Shown: positions 12,931 through 27,261, numbered from the stretch's first letter. The stretch is 64,000 nt of DNA from Lytechinus pictus (GCF_037042905.1 NC_087245.1:10418001-10482000), one strand, 5' to 3'. Program-made: numbers and translations. The notes: generated by a model from the letters alone, not told the origin.

Positions 12931-14014
12931 CAGTCAGACCGCAGGTCCCTATGCTAATGAGCAAAAAGGCCAGATTCATCCAAATCATCTCGTGGCTGAA
13001 TCCTCCTCCTTGCAAAATCTCATGATTCGTGAGATTTACTTTCTCCAAGAATTTACCTGTTTTAACCTCAAGTTAAATGAAATATAATTGCACCATCAGA
13101 TAGAGTAAAAGTTACTCTTTCATATTGGTCATTTATTTTGTATACAATATTTTGTTAAATAAGTAAATTTCTGGCCTGAAAATGGGCATCAAAAATGAAT
13201 TTTCTTCTTCTGTTTTCTTTTGCAAATTGTGCAAAACTTATTATTTTGAGCCTCAATTATATTTATATCACCATAAAGCTGAACTTCTGTACTTTCTCAC
13301 AATGCCACTCTTGATATGCGGCACCTTTTAATCGGGTCAAGATCACACTTTTCCCACCAAGGTACAAGACGAGATTTCTGAAATTTTGTACTTGCATGAA
13401 ATCCAGAGTTCTGATTGGCTGGATAAGGTTCACAGAACAACAGGCGCGGGGTATTTGAGGAGATTACCACATGGGAAGTGTGACCTTCCCACGAACCCAG
13501 GCACTGGAACCGTTGGAATTTGCCATTGTGTGGTCTTTTTGACCAATCAGAGTGCAGTATTCTTGTTTTCAAGCTGCTTTATCTACCTGGCAAATGAAAA
13601 GTGTGATCTTGACCTGATTAAACCAATTCTTATTTTGTAACCTATATCATTTCAAAGCATACATATTCAGCTTTATCATGATATAAAAATCATTTGGGCT
13701 CAAACAAAAATAAAGTGTGAAAATAGCAGCTTTTGTCAGGTGAAAATATTTATTTTGTAGCATATTTTAGATCAAAATTTTAACCAATATTACAAAATCT
13801 TTGAATGAATCCAAACACATGACCTGAAAGAATGATTCTTCTTCTTTACAATGGTACCAAATTCATGAAATTCGATGCACAATTAGAGCAGCAATGACCG
13901 AATGAAAAGAGGTGTTTTGGTCCGCATCAAGCTCATTAAATATGCAAAACATCTCAAGTCATGAATATCACTTGGTTGAAAGAAGCCACTTTCTTGGGAC
14001 CTGCAGTCTGACTG
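12931..14014. mobile_element. 1.08-kb non-autonomous DNA transposon flanked by TTAA
   Basis: TTAA|CAGTCAGACCGCAGGTCCC...GGGACCTGCAGTCTGACTG|TTAA; internal inverted repeat ggtcaagatcacacttttc / gaaaagtgtgatcttgacc. Confidence 0.85.
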
Positions 14015-15809
14015 TTAATGTCTCGAATTTTTAGATGCGGGTTTTATTTTTACCGTTTATTTCAGCCCTGAAAAATATAATTCAGATTATAGATATCGGT
14101 TGAATTGTTAACTCGAATAAAATTTGTAACGAAAAAGTAAGCGATTGCTTCCACATTATGATTATTATTTTTTAAAGATAACATAGCATGTTATATTTTT
14201 TCTTTGTTCCTTCAAATTCAGCTTGATGTTATAACGCCTTAAGAATGTATTGTGGAAATCAAAATGAAAGCGGTTTTGTCCTTTACTAGGAAACTACATT
14301 TTTTTCTATTTGCTTTGTTCAGTTGTTGTTTTAGTTGTTTTATAATGTCTCTCTCCGACAAAAATGTGGACCCTGTAACACGAACTTTATCGATTGATAG
14401 TAATTGGTTTTGCTAATGATTTCGTTGATAATACAATCAATAGTTCAAATCAACTCCCATGCTTTGTGTTAAGGTACACAGATCTACACAAGATGTGGAC
14501 TTAGTTATAGTCTCAATTTTTATAAGAGGGTCAAACCGGTCACGATTGGGTTTAAGTCATATAGAAGCGGTCTATTTTTTTAAAATAATTATTTATCATT
14601 ATGGCAAACAAGTAGAAAATAAGGCAGTTGTATATTTGCAATATAAGAAGAAGTTCTCTGTGCAAAAACGAGTTGGATTTAAGAATTCAATGTGTTCATT
14701 CAAAGCGGTTGACTTTCTAACAGGAATTATTTTTGTAGCAAGCCAATGTACAGTCTAAAGGAGGAGAGAGAAATCTTTTTTATCCTCAAGTAATTCATAT
14801 GTTAAATTAGAAGGACCGTTAGTTATTCATTTTCCAAACAAGAAGAAAATATAAATTTAGTTCTTAAGGAAGTAAACATAATTATTTCATGGATTCTCTT
14901 TTCAAGAAAGAGTAGGATTTCACTAGCCGTCATAAGGAATGGTTGAAGATTGCAGGTACCATCATATCTTTTGATGGATTTTTCTCTAAATACGTTGGTA
15001 TGTTTTTTGTGTGTTTTTCTTCCCTTTTCCCTTTTCATTTAGATTCAGCGCGACTGCAATAGAATAAACCATAATTTCACATCTATTCTACAGTAAGTCT
15101 GTAGTCTCAGTTGAATGTATTGAAATAAACTTTTAACATCATAGATATTTGACATCGCTGGAAGATTGAGGAAAAGAATGAAAGATGAGGTGGCAATGAA
15201 ATGAGGAGGATACTTTTCAACCAAGAATGGGATAGTGACAAAGGAGGGCTGAATAGTGGTAATAAGGGGGTGAGGGGGGGGGGGTAGAGTAGAGAGAATG
15301 ATAGACAAAGAATGTGAAAGGGTACCCGGGAGATAGATGTGAAAGAATGAAGTATTCGAGCAAAATGAATGAGGAGAAAGATGGAAATATTCAGAAAAAG
15401 ATGACCAAAATAGCCCATCCGTCTCTGAATAATGCGTCCGACCCCTAAAATATTTGTGAAGATTGTAACCAGTTCTTTGATTGAATTTGACCTTCTTTGG
15501 TTTTCTCATTGTCGGAGATATATTCACAATCATGTGTAGGTGGTGTATAAGAGTTAAAAGAGGGGACTGGGAAGAGGAAGGATGGAGGGTGCCAGAAGAG
15601 ATGAAGGTGGGTGGGGGTATCATAGGCCTATAGCAGAATATGAGAGTGTTGAAATGAATTTGTATACAAACCCATCCAGCGATTCTCTCATCACATATAT
15701 TGCTTTACCCTGATAGGTGAGTGTATAGTGTAACTGAGATGGAGTCAATGCTATGGTCAATGCACACAAGACATGTATGTCAGTAAGAGGCAATTATCAT
15801 CATTCACTG

Positions 15810-16005
15810 CACTCTTAAAAATGTTGGGCAACATACGGTCCACACAACAATTGGTTAAAACTTTATCCAATTCTGGGTAGTTTTACACCAATACTGTGTA
15901 GTTTTCACCCAAAGCACACATTATTGGTGTAAAACTACCCAGAATTGGATAAAGTTTTAACCAATTGTTGTGTGGACCGTATGTTGCCCAACATTTTTAA
16001 GAGTG
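15810..16005. mobile_element. EnSpm/CACTA-like palindromic MITE
   Basis: Perfect 84-bp arms starting CACTCTTAAAAA, 28-bp spacer, 2-bp TSD TG. Confidence 0.88.
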
Positions 16006-17799
16006 TGCTCAGTTTCTTCAGCCATGAAAGACTATATGCAGGAATTTTCTAGCAATAAAAAAAACCATGAAAATTGACCGGACTAAGAGTAAAAGGAACT
16101 AGCAAGGGAGCAAATCAACCGAGCGAGCGTTATTATAATTTTTTTTATATCAAAGTCTGGTAAAAAGAAGTTCATTCTCATCGAGTATGTATATGACCGA
16201 TATAATGAATTACGTTATGTACCGGTATGTGAAGTAAATATAGCCCTATGAGTGTAAAACAGAAATAAAAGCATACCTTGGTTTCCACATGTTCATCGCT
16301 ATCTATTTATTTTTCAACTTACTTTGGTCCCATCATATGATTCACGAATATGTGCTTTCTAGTGATGTGATATATATCTTGGTGGTATGTCATGGTCTGA
16401 GTTGTAGTCTGATATGTGACATGTTTGGACTAATGCACATGATGTTATGTGACATTGAAAACCTGGTACAGGCAAAATAGTGCATGTGGCTATGTCAATT
16501 CCTTCCCACTGCCAATATTCACTATCATGACTATATACCATAGTAACGATGTATAGTTAATCCTATTTCACGATACTGTAATGTTTGATACTGAATATTG
16601 ATAGCCAGCATTATATCAAAAGGATCTTCAAATAATTTATTTGATTCTTGTCATATTTTTACATTACTCAAAATGTATTTATGCATCAATTTATGATTTC
16701 TTCGAAACAATTTCTCAAGACCTAATGCCTACATTCCGTACAGGCTCAACGTCATCATTATTACATGGAACAATGGTAATCCTTATCGTGTAGAGTAAAC
16801 CCGTTTTGTTTTAAATCTACCTTTAAGATCTATTGTTCATATCATTCTTAATCCATTATAATTTTATTTCGGATCGAAACTCATAAAGGATGGTAGCAAA
16901 CGTTGGAATGAATTATCTTTAGATTAACACCAAATCATGATTACGAGCATAAATTATTATTTAAACCAACAACCGTGCCCTGATATGATTTTACATAAAT
17001 CTATGTTTTGTGATAGGACTTATACACTACAGAGGACATTTTGGTTGGTGCAATGTGAACAGTACTGATATAGATGAATCCCACAGCCCAGACAGCTGAT
17101 ATGCCAAATGAAATTCAGAGCACATGTTTGCTCTTGTAAATGCTGCTGGAATTCAGGAATGAGATAGGGGATCAAGGAAAAAGAAAATGAGAGACTGGAT
17201 GAGGAAGAGAGATAGTAAGATAGGAAAAAGGGATGGGTAGATGTGGAGAGAGGAATAAGATAGGAATGGGGTGGGGTCTTGGTGCAGTATATTCGGGAAA
17301 AGCGTAATTGACCATTTGAATCCATAGAATAAACGCCTTAACTGTATACGATTCAGTCTCTTTAAAACACAATCATGGTCAATATAATATCAGTGTTTTC
17401 AAAAGCGAAAAGCACCTACACGGAATGTAAAGACACGACGTATACGTGACAAAATATTGAAAAATAAACCTAAAGAATAGAAAGAAGAGAGAATCTTATA
17501 TAGAACGTGGTTATGGTCATCAATGATTAGTAATCATGACTACAATGCTATCATTCAAATGCACGCAAATACCCATTCCTATATAAAAATAAAGTCTTTA
17601 TCGTCTTTCGACTTAAAGCAAATTTTTGCGATCGGTTCTAACTTCGTAAATAATCTATCATGAAGCTGGCAAATATTTTTCAATTTCTGTACGTATTCTA
17701 CAGCATTACATCATTACAGTTTGATAATTTGAATTCAATACGTATTGTTGTGATTTAGGTCTACATCGCAAAGAGAAATGTGAATGAAAACGGGCCCTA

Positions 17800-17956
17800 G
17801 GGGCCCGTTTTATTAAGAGTTACAACTGTTGTAACTTTGCCATTATGGCAACTACCATGGCAACCTTGATTCTGATTGGCTGCTGAGTCCCGTTTCCATG
17901 GCAGTTGTCATAATGCCAAAGTTACAACAGTTGTAACTCTTTATGAAACGGGCCCC
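17800..17956. mobile_element. PIF/Harbinger-like hairpin MITE
   Basis: ggggcccgttt...aaacgggcccc termini, about 65-bp imperfect arms. Confidence 0.8.
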
Positions 17957-20125
17957 CATCAGAGCTGGAGGGAGGGGTATTGGTTGGTTGATAGATAAAA
18001 GGAGAGATGGGTATAGGATGAGAGACGGAATGGTGATAAACAAGAGAAAAAGAGAGAGAATAAGAATAGTAAAATGTCAAAAGGTATAGAGAAAAGGGGC
18101 GAGATGGAGAGAGGTGGGGCTAAGAGAGAAGAATAAATGGAGTGAGAGAGAAAGAAACGACGTAAGCAAGCAAGAAAGAAAGAATTTAGAAGGAGAATGG
18201 GAGAGAGAAAGAAAGGAAGAAAGAAAGAAAGAAAAAAAGGGAGACTAAAGATGATGGGGGGGGGGGCATTCTCGTACTACATTTATATACCATGCCTCCT
18301 CTTCCCAATTACAAAGTCAGCTTTTACCTCCAACAATATTTCCCGCTCGCTGAATGAGGAAATATAAATCCGCTAAAATGGCCAATATTTGCAAACAGAT
18401 TACAGCTCTTTTAAGCATAGAAATGGGCGAGTATTTGCAGTGTAATTGGAAACCACCCTATTAATATCAATGCAAATCCAGCATACGACGATTAATTGTA
18501 TTCTATGTTGTAATTACAGGGATAGGCCGTATTTTGATCATCGTTTCTGGCTTCGTTGACTCGGCTTTCATGGATAAGTGTACGAATCGATGACTAGATT
18601 GCATTGGGAAAATACCTTCAGATTATGCTTTCAATGCACTTTTTACAACTGCCATTTCCCACTTTAATGAGTTGAGCGAAATCGGGGATATTATACTAAT
18701 AGAATAATACTAATTGCGGTCGTCGACATTTTCCGCTGGTCTGTTGGGCTGCTTACGTTTTAGTGCTTGGTTTGCGACGATAATTTGATTTCGGTTGATG
18801 GTCTCCCTGCCAGTACGAATATAACCGTAACTTCTCTCAACCATGGACCCTATCTCAATTTATTATCGAAAAAAAGTTTCACAATTTATCATCATCATCT
18901 TGTCGGAGGCTAATGCTTTCTTGATTTCTCTTTCCTCTTCATTTGCTAATCTTATTTTCGTCGTCATGGCAACTTTGTAAAACAATAATTAAGATCCAAA
19001 CGAGATCATTCAAGAATTCATACATTTTGCTTTCGACATATAATTAGGGGTAATTTTTACGGATTGTTATTATGATATTTGTAATAAAAAAAATATATTT
19101 GTACTTTATATCCCTCACATGGTTACTTTTGCACAATATGAGGTTTTGTTTTGTCACCCGGCGCCCCACTCTCTTGAAATTTTACCCGTCTTCAAACTCT
19201 TGCCCCCCCCCCCCCAGCAATGTATTTTTCCCCTCTTCTTTTTTTTCTACTCTCTCTCTCCTCTTCCCTTCTCTTCTTCATGTTCTCACATCGCAATCAC
19301 TCATTTTCATTATTCCGGTCACTCTCAAAAGACGCTCACAAGACTACTTCGCAGAATTAACCAAAGCTCTCAAATGTCATGCACTGCCTTCGCTTTCATT
19401 TCATTGGTCAATATACTCCCCGTGATGGTAAATAGTGCAGAGGCCAAACCTAGGAGAATGGCTACCTTATTTCTATCGTTGGTAAGATCTCCTAACTGCA
19501 TTCAATCGAAACCAGTGGAATTTACTCTCTCAGATCCAATCACGCTCTTCAAATCTTCTCGATACGCGCGGGCTGCATGCATCACCACCCTCTACCATCA
19601 CCAGCCTCCCTACCCCTCCCTCTCTCTCCATAATCCCTACCTCGCCCCCTCTCTCTCTCTCTTCCTTACACCCTTCTACAATTTTTTTCAATTTCTCTCT
19701 CTCTGTATTCGTTCCATTTGCTACTTTCCTCACATTTTTTCTTCTGTCATTCTTACTAGGGGGGCACATCCGGCCCGTGCCCCTCCCTTTTGAGAGGCAT
19801 ACTTTAAAAAAAATGTAAATACGCCCTTCTTACTCATCATACACATCATATATTTTAATGGGAATTGTCGTTCATACACAAGTGAGGACTTTATTTTTTT
19901 TGCTTGTCGTATTTTACGTGACTTTTTGGTGAAAACCTTTTTTTTTGCTTGTCAAATTTTCGGGACAATGTCCCCCCCCTCCTTTGGAAAATCCTTGATC
20001 CCCGATATTGGACCAGGGACGTGTGAGTGAGACCCTGATTAGACATAATCATCACTGATTATAGCATGGAATGGGATGAAATTTATTACGATCTTTTTAC
20101 GTAGCCTTCTGATATCCAAACACGA

Positions 20126-20716
20126 GATACTCCAGGCTGAAGATATTTATATCGCAATAAATATAGTAAAATTTACAAAGCAAAATGCTGAAAATTTGAT
20201 CAAAATCGGATAACAAATAACAAAGTTATGGAATATTAAAGATTTGCATTATTCCGGTGAAACAGTTCTAGGCATAATTTCATGAATATTCATTAGGAGG
20301 GCTGATGATGTCATATCCCCACTTGTTCTTTTGTATTTTATTATATGAAATCAGGTTTATTCAAATATTTTCTACCAAGAACTAAAACAATTGGATTGAC
20401 AACTAATTAAGTGCATTAGTTATTTATTGCAGCAACTTATTTCGTCATAATGGAGGCACATCATTTACACATGTATGAAAAAAATGAAACAATTATGATT
20501 TCATGTAATAACATAAGAAAACGGTAAATGGGGATGTGACATCATCAGCCCACCTAATGAATATTCATGACGACGTGCATTATGGCTGTTTTTGACAAAA
20601 TATTGCCAAACTGTCAAATTCAATAACTTTGTTATTTGTTATCGGATTTTGATTTGTGAATTTTACTCTTTTTATTTAGATATACATGCAAATATCTTCA
20701 GCCCGAGCATCCCTTT
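20126..20716. mobile_element. Related Kolobok/T2-like MITE subfamily, degenerate ends
   Basis: Inverted ends ggctgaagatattt / aatatcttcagcc; shares aaatgctgaaaattt.atcaaaatcgga and gatgatgtca motifs with the TTAA MITEs. Confidence 0.7.
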
Positions 20717-21809
20717 CATTTTGTAAGATAAGTGCTAATCTAAGTATCTAACATTGCCGAGAGGGGGCACTATGGATATTTGTATGGAAACATCAAATTC
20801 AAATTTCACAAAGTTAAGCAATGACACTAAAAACGTTATTTACATGTTTATGCAACGCTGATTGTTATATGAACCTTATGCAGGAGTAGTGTTTAAAATC
20901 TTAAACAAAAAAATGTAATGTCTAATATTCAATTCTCATTAAATTCAGCGTGGTGGTTTGAACTGTTAAACAACTACTGTAAGGTTCATACAGTAAACAA
21001 CCGTTGTATACAAATTTAAACAACGTTCCTACCGAGTGGAAATATTAAACGGCCACTACGATTGGAGTGTTAGATGATACCCTAGTATAATTCCTATTAT
21101 TAACCTATATCAAAGTTATATAGCCGGACTTTAATAAAATGTTGGTAGAAAGGGGATGAAGAAAAAAACAAATCTTTGTGAGGAGAGCCCCTTCCTCGAT
21201 TTTGGGATGATTTTTAGTAGCCGCCCCCCCCCCCTGAAAAAAATGTGCCCTGAAATTTCGAATGCGCCCGTGGGTCATGACAAACATTGTACATTATGTA
21301 CCGAATTCAAACTGAATGCCTTTTATACTCGCAACTTGTTGTACAAAATGTTGCAAAAGATACTGAAACCAAATTGAGTTTGATCTGAATAATTGCAACT
21401 CTTTGTTAGGTGGGGCCCTGGCTGGAATACTACTTGCAGGAGAATGTTTCCACAGGTTCACCTTTTTAATCGTGCCATCCAGGTACTCAGTAACCCCCGG
21501 AGGCTCGTCGTCTTCTTTCATTTTCACGACCCATTTCGCTCCGTTTTTACAAAATATCACTTCCTCTCGACTTACCAAATCATGTTGAGGATACAAACAG
21601 TGGCGTCGCAATATAGACAGAAGAAATGGGGGGGGGGGAGGGGCACCTGAACTGCGGTGGAGCGGGTAACAAGGAGATAAACGGAAGAATAATGCTCTAT
21701 TAAAAAAGTGGAGGCTATGGTTACAGGCATAAAGGCTTTAGTTGGTCTGATTTTTTCCTTGACGTTTTTTTTCCCCAAGCCACCATCACCTTTCTTCTTT
21801 TATCATTAA

Positions 21810-22410
21810 AGGACAAGTCCACCCCAACAAAAAGTTGATTTGAATAAAAAGACAAAAATTCAACAAGCATAACACTGAAAATTTCATCAAAATCGGATGT
21901 AAAATAAGAAAGTTATGGCATTTTAAAGTTTCGCTTCATTTCACAAAACAGTTATATGCACATCTCGATCGGTATGCAAATGAGGAACTGATGACATCAC
22001 CCACTCACTATTTCTTTTGTATTTTATTATATGAAATATGAAATATTTTTATTTTCTCGCATTGTCATGTGAAATGAAGTTTCATTCCTCCCTGAACACG
22101 TGGAATTCCATTATTTTAACATTTTGTGCTTCAGGCAAGGAGGTCCTAATCGTCAAATTCATAAAAATTGAAATATTGCATAATTCAAACAATAAAAAAC
22201 AAAAGAAATAGTGAGTGAGTGACATCATCGACTCTCTCATTTGGATGTAACTGGCTCGTTCATATAACTATTTTGTTAAAAATAAGCGAACCTTTGAAAT
22301 GTCATAACTTTCTTATTTTACATCCGATTTTGATGAAATTTTCAGCATTGTGCTTGTCTGATTTTTCTCTATTGATTCAAATCAACATTTTTCTGAGGTG
22401 GACTTGACCT
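21810..22410. mobile_element. TTAA-flanked MITE (Kolobok/T2-like), copy 2, opposite orientation
   Basis: TTAA|AGGACAAGTCCACC...GGTGGACTTGACCT|TTAA, 601 bp, most complete copy. Confidence 0.88.
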
Positions 22411-24886
22411 TTAAGATTAGATATGCACCCTGTTTCTCCTATACCTCCGCCTGTTGGAATGCTCTCTTAGGAAACTGTCCTAGATGTCAATTTTCTCGCT
22501 GTATTGGTCTCAAACCCGTCACAAACTTAATCAGTCATTTCCATTAGATGTAACATGAAAAGGGAAACGAAAAGAAGAGAATATGGAGCGGAATTCGAAA
22601 GATCAATCTTACAGGTAACTTGATCAAATAAAGTGCTTTATGAAGCGAGATGAAAGATTGATGTTGTTTTTCTGAATTTGCAAAAAAGTGTAAGACATTA
22701 TCCTTACTTGTTTTGTATTTGTTAAGGTGTGTAGTAAAATAGATGAACATAAACATGGATCTCAATTCATGTCATGCCATTTTTTTGTACAGGAAATAGA
22801 ATAGAGAAAAGACAATTAGTTTTATTGGTATAAGCAATTTGTTGAACCATCTTTTCAATATCATCTCATCATATTTTCAAGGATTATCATATCATTCGAA
22901 AAAAAGTATCTTTGAAAAAATAGTAAAGGCAGACTGACGCAAAGTATCGGATGAGAGTCTTTCTATCGTTTTTCAGCTGGATTTTATAACGTGCATAGGT
23001 CTCTATACTTGGGCAATACTTCCAATCAAATTATTTATTTTCAAAACAACACTATGTACCTGTAATGAGGAGATAACTGGTACCCATCTTGTCGGTGAAG
23101 TCCTAAAAATCTAATGAAGTAAGCCGCCAATACACACAAGTAATAAATCCATCAAACTCATTTCCAAGTCAGAGTTTTAGGGCGTGCCTCCTTGACCACT
23201 CTCTCCCCTCCTTTCTCTCCCCTCTCTCCCCCTCTCTTTCATCCTTCTCTGTCTCTCTCTCTCTCTCCCTCTCTCACCCCTCCCCCTCTTTCTCCATTTG
23301 CCCACCCCCCCCCCCTCTTCTCACCTCTCTCTTTCGTGCGCTCTCCCTTCGACCCGTAGGCCTATATACTGCCCTTGACATCGAAGTTGAACCGGGTATA
23401 GGACGAAGGAGGCAGGGTTTTGGTAATAAGACTCTATGGAGAGTAATGGCACCATATTTGTTTTTGCACTTGGTACAGTTTTTCATCTGTTTTATTTTCT
23501 GGCTTGTGTCCATGGAATCTAGGCAAATGGAACGAGCAAATGAAAACAGAACCGGGGGGGGGGGGGGGGGGGCTGTCAATACTGCGTAGTATATGTTATT
23601 CGCTTGTATCGTCAATGCAAGGATATTAATTTACAAGAGCTATATATATACCTCAGAGGTGGATGGTGGAAAATTAAGTAAAAGGACAAAGAATAAAAAA
23701 GGAAGAAGCATATAATCATTCATGAGTAACGAAAGAAGTGCGAGTAAATTATCGTTCTTATATCGTACCTTATAATGACACTGGACTTTCAAAAGCATGA
23801 AGAAAAGGTGTAAACGGTAGAAACGATGATTGAAATTGGAACGTTGATTTATTTTCATCACGAACCTTGAGATCAAAACACTGGTATTGAAGAGAAATAT
23901 AGAAAAGGCATTGTCATCTTCATTTCACATCATTCCGAATTAGGTTGAAAAGCGACACTGTCTATACGATATTACCTTTCTCATTTACTCTGTCTGAAAG
24001 AAAACGGGATAACATTTAGCTTGCTAATAAAGAAATAAGCTTCGAGTTGTTCATAATTTGTATGCACGTCTGACAGATATACGTTGCTATCAATCAATGT
24101 GTCAAACATTAATAGATTTGCACTTTTGTGAGAATAACTATTTCCATTGTTTCTTTTCTTCTTATCCCTTGCGGGTGCCGACACAACATACGTCAATGTC
24201 ACCATGATGTGGGGCATTAAAATGATCGAAAAAGGAAAATAGAAGTTTACTTGACAGTGTAAGCATCGTTAACTTATGTGAGTTACATGCTACCTTTTGG
24301 TAAACGAATTTTAACATTATAATGCCCCGGTATGATGCCCTTTGCGCGCTGATGTTGCAATCTTGCACATTCGTACAATTAAATTCAACAATCGTAATAA
24401 TTAGTTTCTCCCCTACCTTCAAATTAGATAAGCTAAAGAGGCATATATAATAATAACAAGTAAAAATGGTGCAATATGGAAATCTTGAATTAAAGATAAT
24501 AACATGGAAACAATTGTCATTATTATACCCCCCCCAAAAAAAAATCATTCAGCGTGCGAAGAGTTAAACGAAATATATAGAGTATATAGGCAAGAATAGT
24601 ACAATATTAGGTGGCAACCACAATTAAAAAGATTGTTCCGAAACATACACGAAATTACATGATGATATTATGTCACGCTTGTTGTCCGTTTGCTAGCAGC
24701 ATTTTGGTTACAGGTCATGCCTTCATTTATTTGATTGCTTCAACTATTTTTGCCAATATTGTAGGTATTCCAGATGCATTTTTAAAGTAAAATGGTTAAT
24801 ACAGGTATACGAGTATGGATTTTTTTAGTATATACTGCTTTCCACCTGCATTCAATTCTTCTAAACTCATGCAGCTTTATATTTAA

Positions 24887-25407
24887 AGGTCAAGTCCTTT
24901 TTGATGAAAACTAAGAAAGTTATAACATTTTAAAGTTTCGCTTATTTTTCACAAAACGGTGATATGCACAACTAAGTGAGTCAGTCGATGATGTCAATCA
25001 CTCACTATTTCTTTTGTTTTTTATTGTTTGAATTATACAATATTTCATTTTTTGTAGATTTGACAATAAGAACCAACTTGACTGAACCATATAGTATCAA
25101 ACAATGCTAATTCCACATGTTCAGGGAGGAATTAATCGTTGTATCACTTGACAATGAGGATAAAATCAGAATATTTCATATTTCATATAATAAAATACAA
25201 AAGAAATAGTGAGTGGATGACGCCATAGTCTCCTCATTTGCATACCAGCCAGGATGTGCATATAACTGTTTTGTGAAATTAAGGGAAACTTTAAAATGTC
25301 ATAACTTTCTTATTTTACATCCGATTTTGATGAAATTTTCAGAGTTATGCTTGTTGGATTTTTTTTGTTTTATTCAAATCAACTTTTTGTTGGGGTGGAC
25401 TTGTCCT
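24887..25407. mobile_element. TTAA-flanked MITE (Kolobok/T2-like), copy 3, deletion after left TIR
   Basis: TTAA|AGGTCAAGTCC...GGGGTGGACTTGTCCT|TTAA. Confidence 0.85.
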
Positions 25408-26254
25408 TTAACAATGATGAGGATTGACGGGTCTTTATCTCTTCTGTTTTCATTATGACAGTCAATCAGAGATGAGCTGTCAATCATCACTATTTATATT
25501 ATCACAAACTCACATCTACAAAAATAAACAAGATCTAAAAGCAGAGATCAACAAGATGAACATCATTGCATCCGGTCCGGTCAAATCAACTTATCCCGCT
25601 CATCGTTATTTGCATAACAATCACCTTGACAACATAATCTTGAAATCTTTAAATAAAAATAACAAATCATTATCTGTTTGTGAGAGTAACATTTGAAGTC
25701 AGGTTCCGGTCTGTTATCAGGGTTAGAGAGTTGGATGTTGGTCATTTTCAACAACTATAAAAGCGCGATTGGCAAAAAAAAAAAAAAAAAAAAAAAAAAA
25801 CGAAAGATAAGAACATTAAAATTACGATTTTCCTTTACATGAAAATCAAGGGATGTCAAAATAGGTTTTTGGAATATAAGCAATAATTTACCTTTTTAAA
25901 ATCATGATAAAGACACCCCATGATATGTCATTTCTCTTTATTGTCCCAGACAAAAAAGAGGCGGGAAACACAAGAAAAACCAGTAATGGATTTGATGTTA
26001 ATTTTCATTTGAAATAAGATTTCACAAAACCTTCTCCACCCTTCCCGTTTTGAATGAAGAAATCAATAGCAGCCAGTATATGCACATCTGTCAGTCATCT
26101 TTCTGAAATGTTATCTGACCGCCCACAAAATGTAATCTAGAAAATAAACACAAGTCCATCAAACCAGGCTGGCCAATAGCTAAGAAATCAAACGATTGAA
26201 TTGAGCCTGGCACAAAGAGGATGGGGATGAGAGAGATAGTGTGAGAGAGGGGGA

Positions 26255-26298
<44 letters not shown>

Positions 26299-27261
26299 GG
26301 AGAGGAGAGGGAGAGGGGGGGGGGGTGATGGAAAGTATAATTATGACAAATAAAGAAAGAGGGGATAGTGAGATGGAGGAGGGCAATTATGGAAGAAAAT
26401 TGAAGGGAGAGGGTGAGGAGGCATGGGGTGAGAGAATTAATGTCAGACAAAGGATTATCGGTGGAATTGTGGATATGGATGAATTATAGGGACAGAATAA
26501 AAAAGAAGAGTTAATGAGTAGATTGGCTGAATAAGAGGATTAACACTGGAAGATAGAATGGGCGTAACGAGGAGCCCAAAAACAAAAAACAAAAAAACAA
26601 ACAAAAAACACCAAAGATATTGTGGACATGGCGGAAGCATGGGGAGGGGTATAGGTTTTTTTTATGCAGATGTGATAATTCCTGGAATACTTTTTTTCAT
26701 GAATATATTATTCTTTGTTCGTTGTCAATCTCGTACACCAGTCTCCTATATCCTTCATTATTTACAAAGTCCTCCCCTTCATATTGCTTACATATAAATC
26801 ATTTTAAATGCGTAAATCTAAAGTCAGTTCCCATAGAGACTTGACATCGAGAAACTTATCAGCTATCTATTGCCTCTTTGACGCAATCAAAATCATGTCA
26901 GGTCGAAAAATCAGTAATTGGATATAGCGTAATGGTTAGATTTTAGTTTAGTTTCTGTATTTCTAGAAGAAAGAAGAACTTTGTATACAATCATGGAGGG
27001 CTATAGTTACAAAAACTGAAAGGTGTGTATCTACTGTTTCCATTCTCTCTTTGTTAATTGATAGAGTTTTGGATTTATGAGGTCGTAAAATATCGTGACA
27101 GACTGAGGAAGAATGGAATGCATTGAGATCAGTAGATGACAATGAACCTATAAATCATAACAATCTAGATAAGCCAACGATGCGGATGGAAGCGATCATG
27201 ACTGTTTCCGATATATTGTATGAGGGCGCCAAAGTCCATTTCTGCGCGTGAAGTCTGTGGA

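Noticed and set aside
19119..19793. Longest ORF in the track (224 aa) and similar ORFs such as 15045-15623
   Set aside because: Low-complexity CT/GA tracts lacking stops; no recognisable domain
21294..21611. 105-aa ORF with protein-like composition
   Set aside because: No recognisable motif or consistent splice structure; bounded by MITE fragments. A BLASTX search would be needed.
23359..23589. Possible plus-strand exon after a long pyrimidine tract, encoding a hydrophobic segment
   Set aside because: The acceptor is part of a common taggccta motif next to a CT microsatellite, the frame runs into poly-G and a stop, and no partner exons were found
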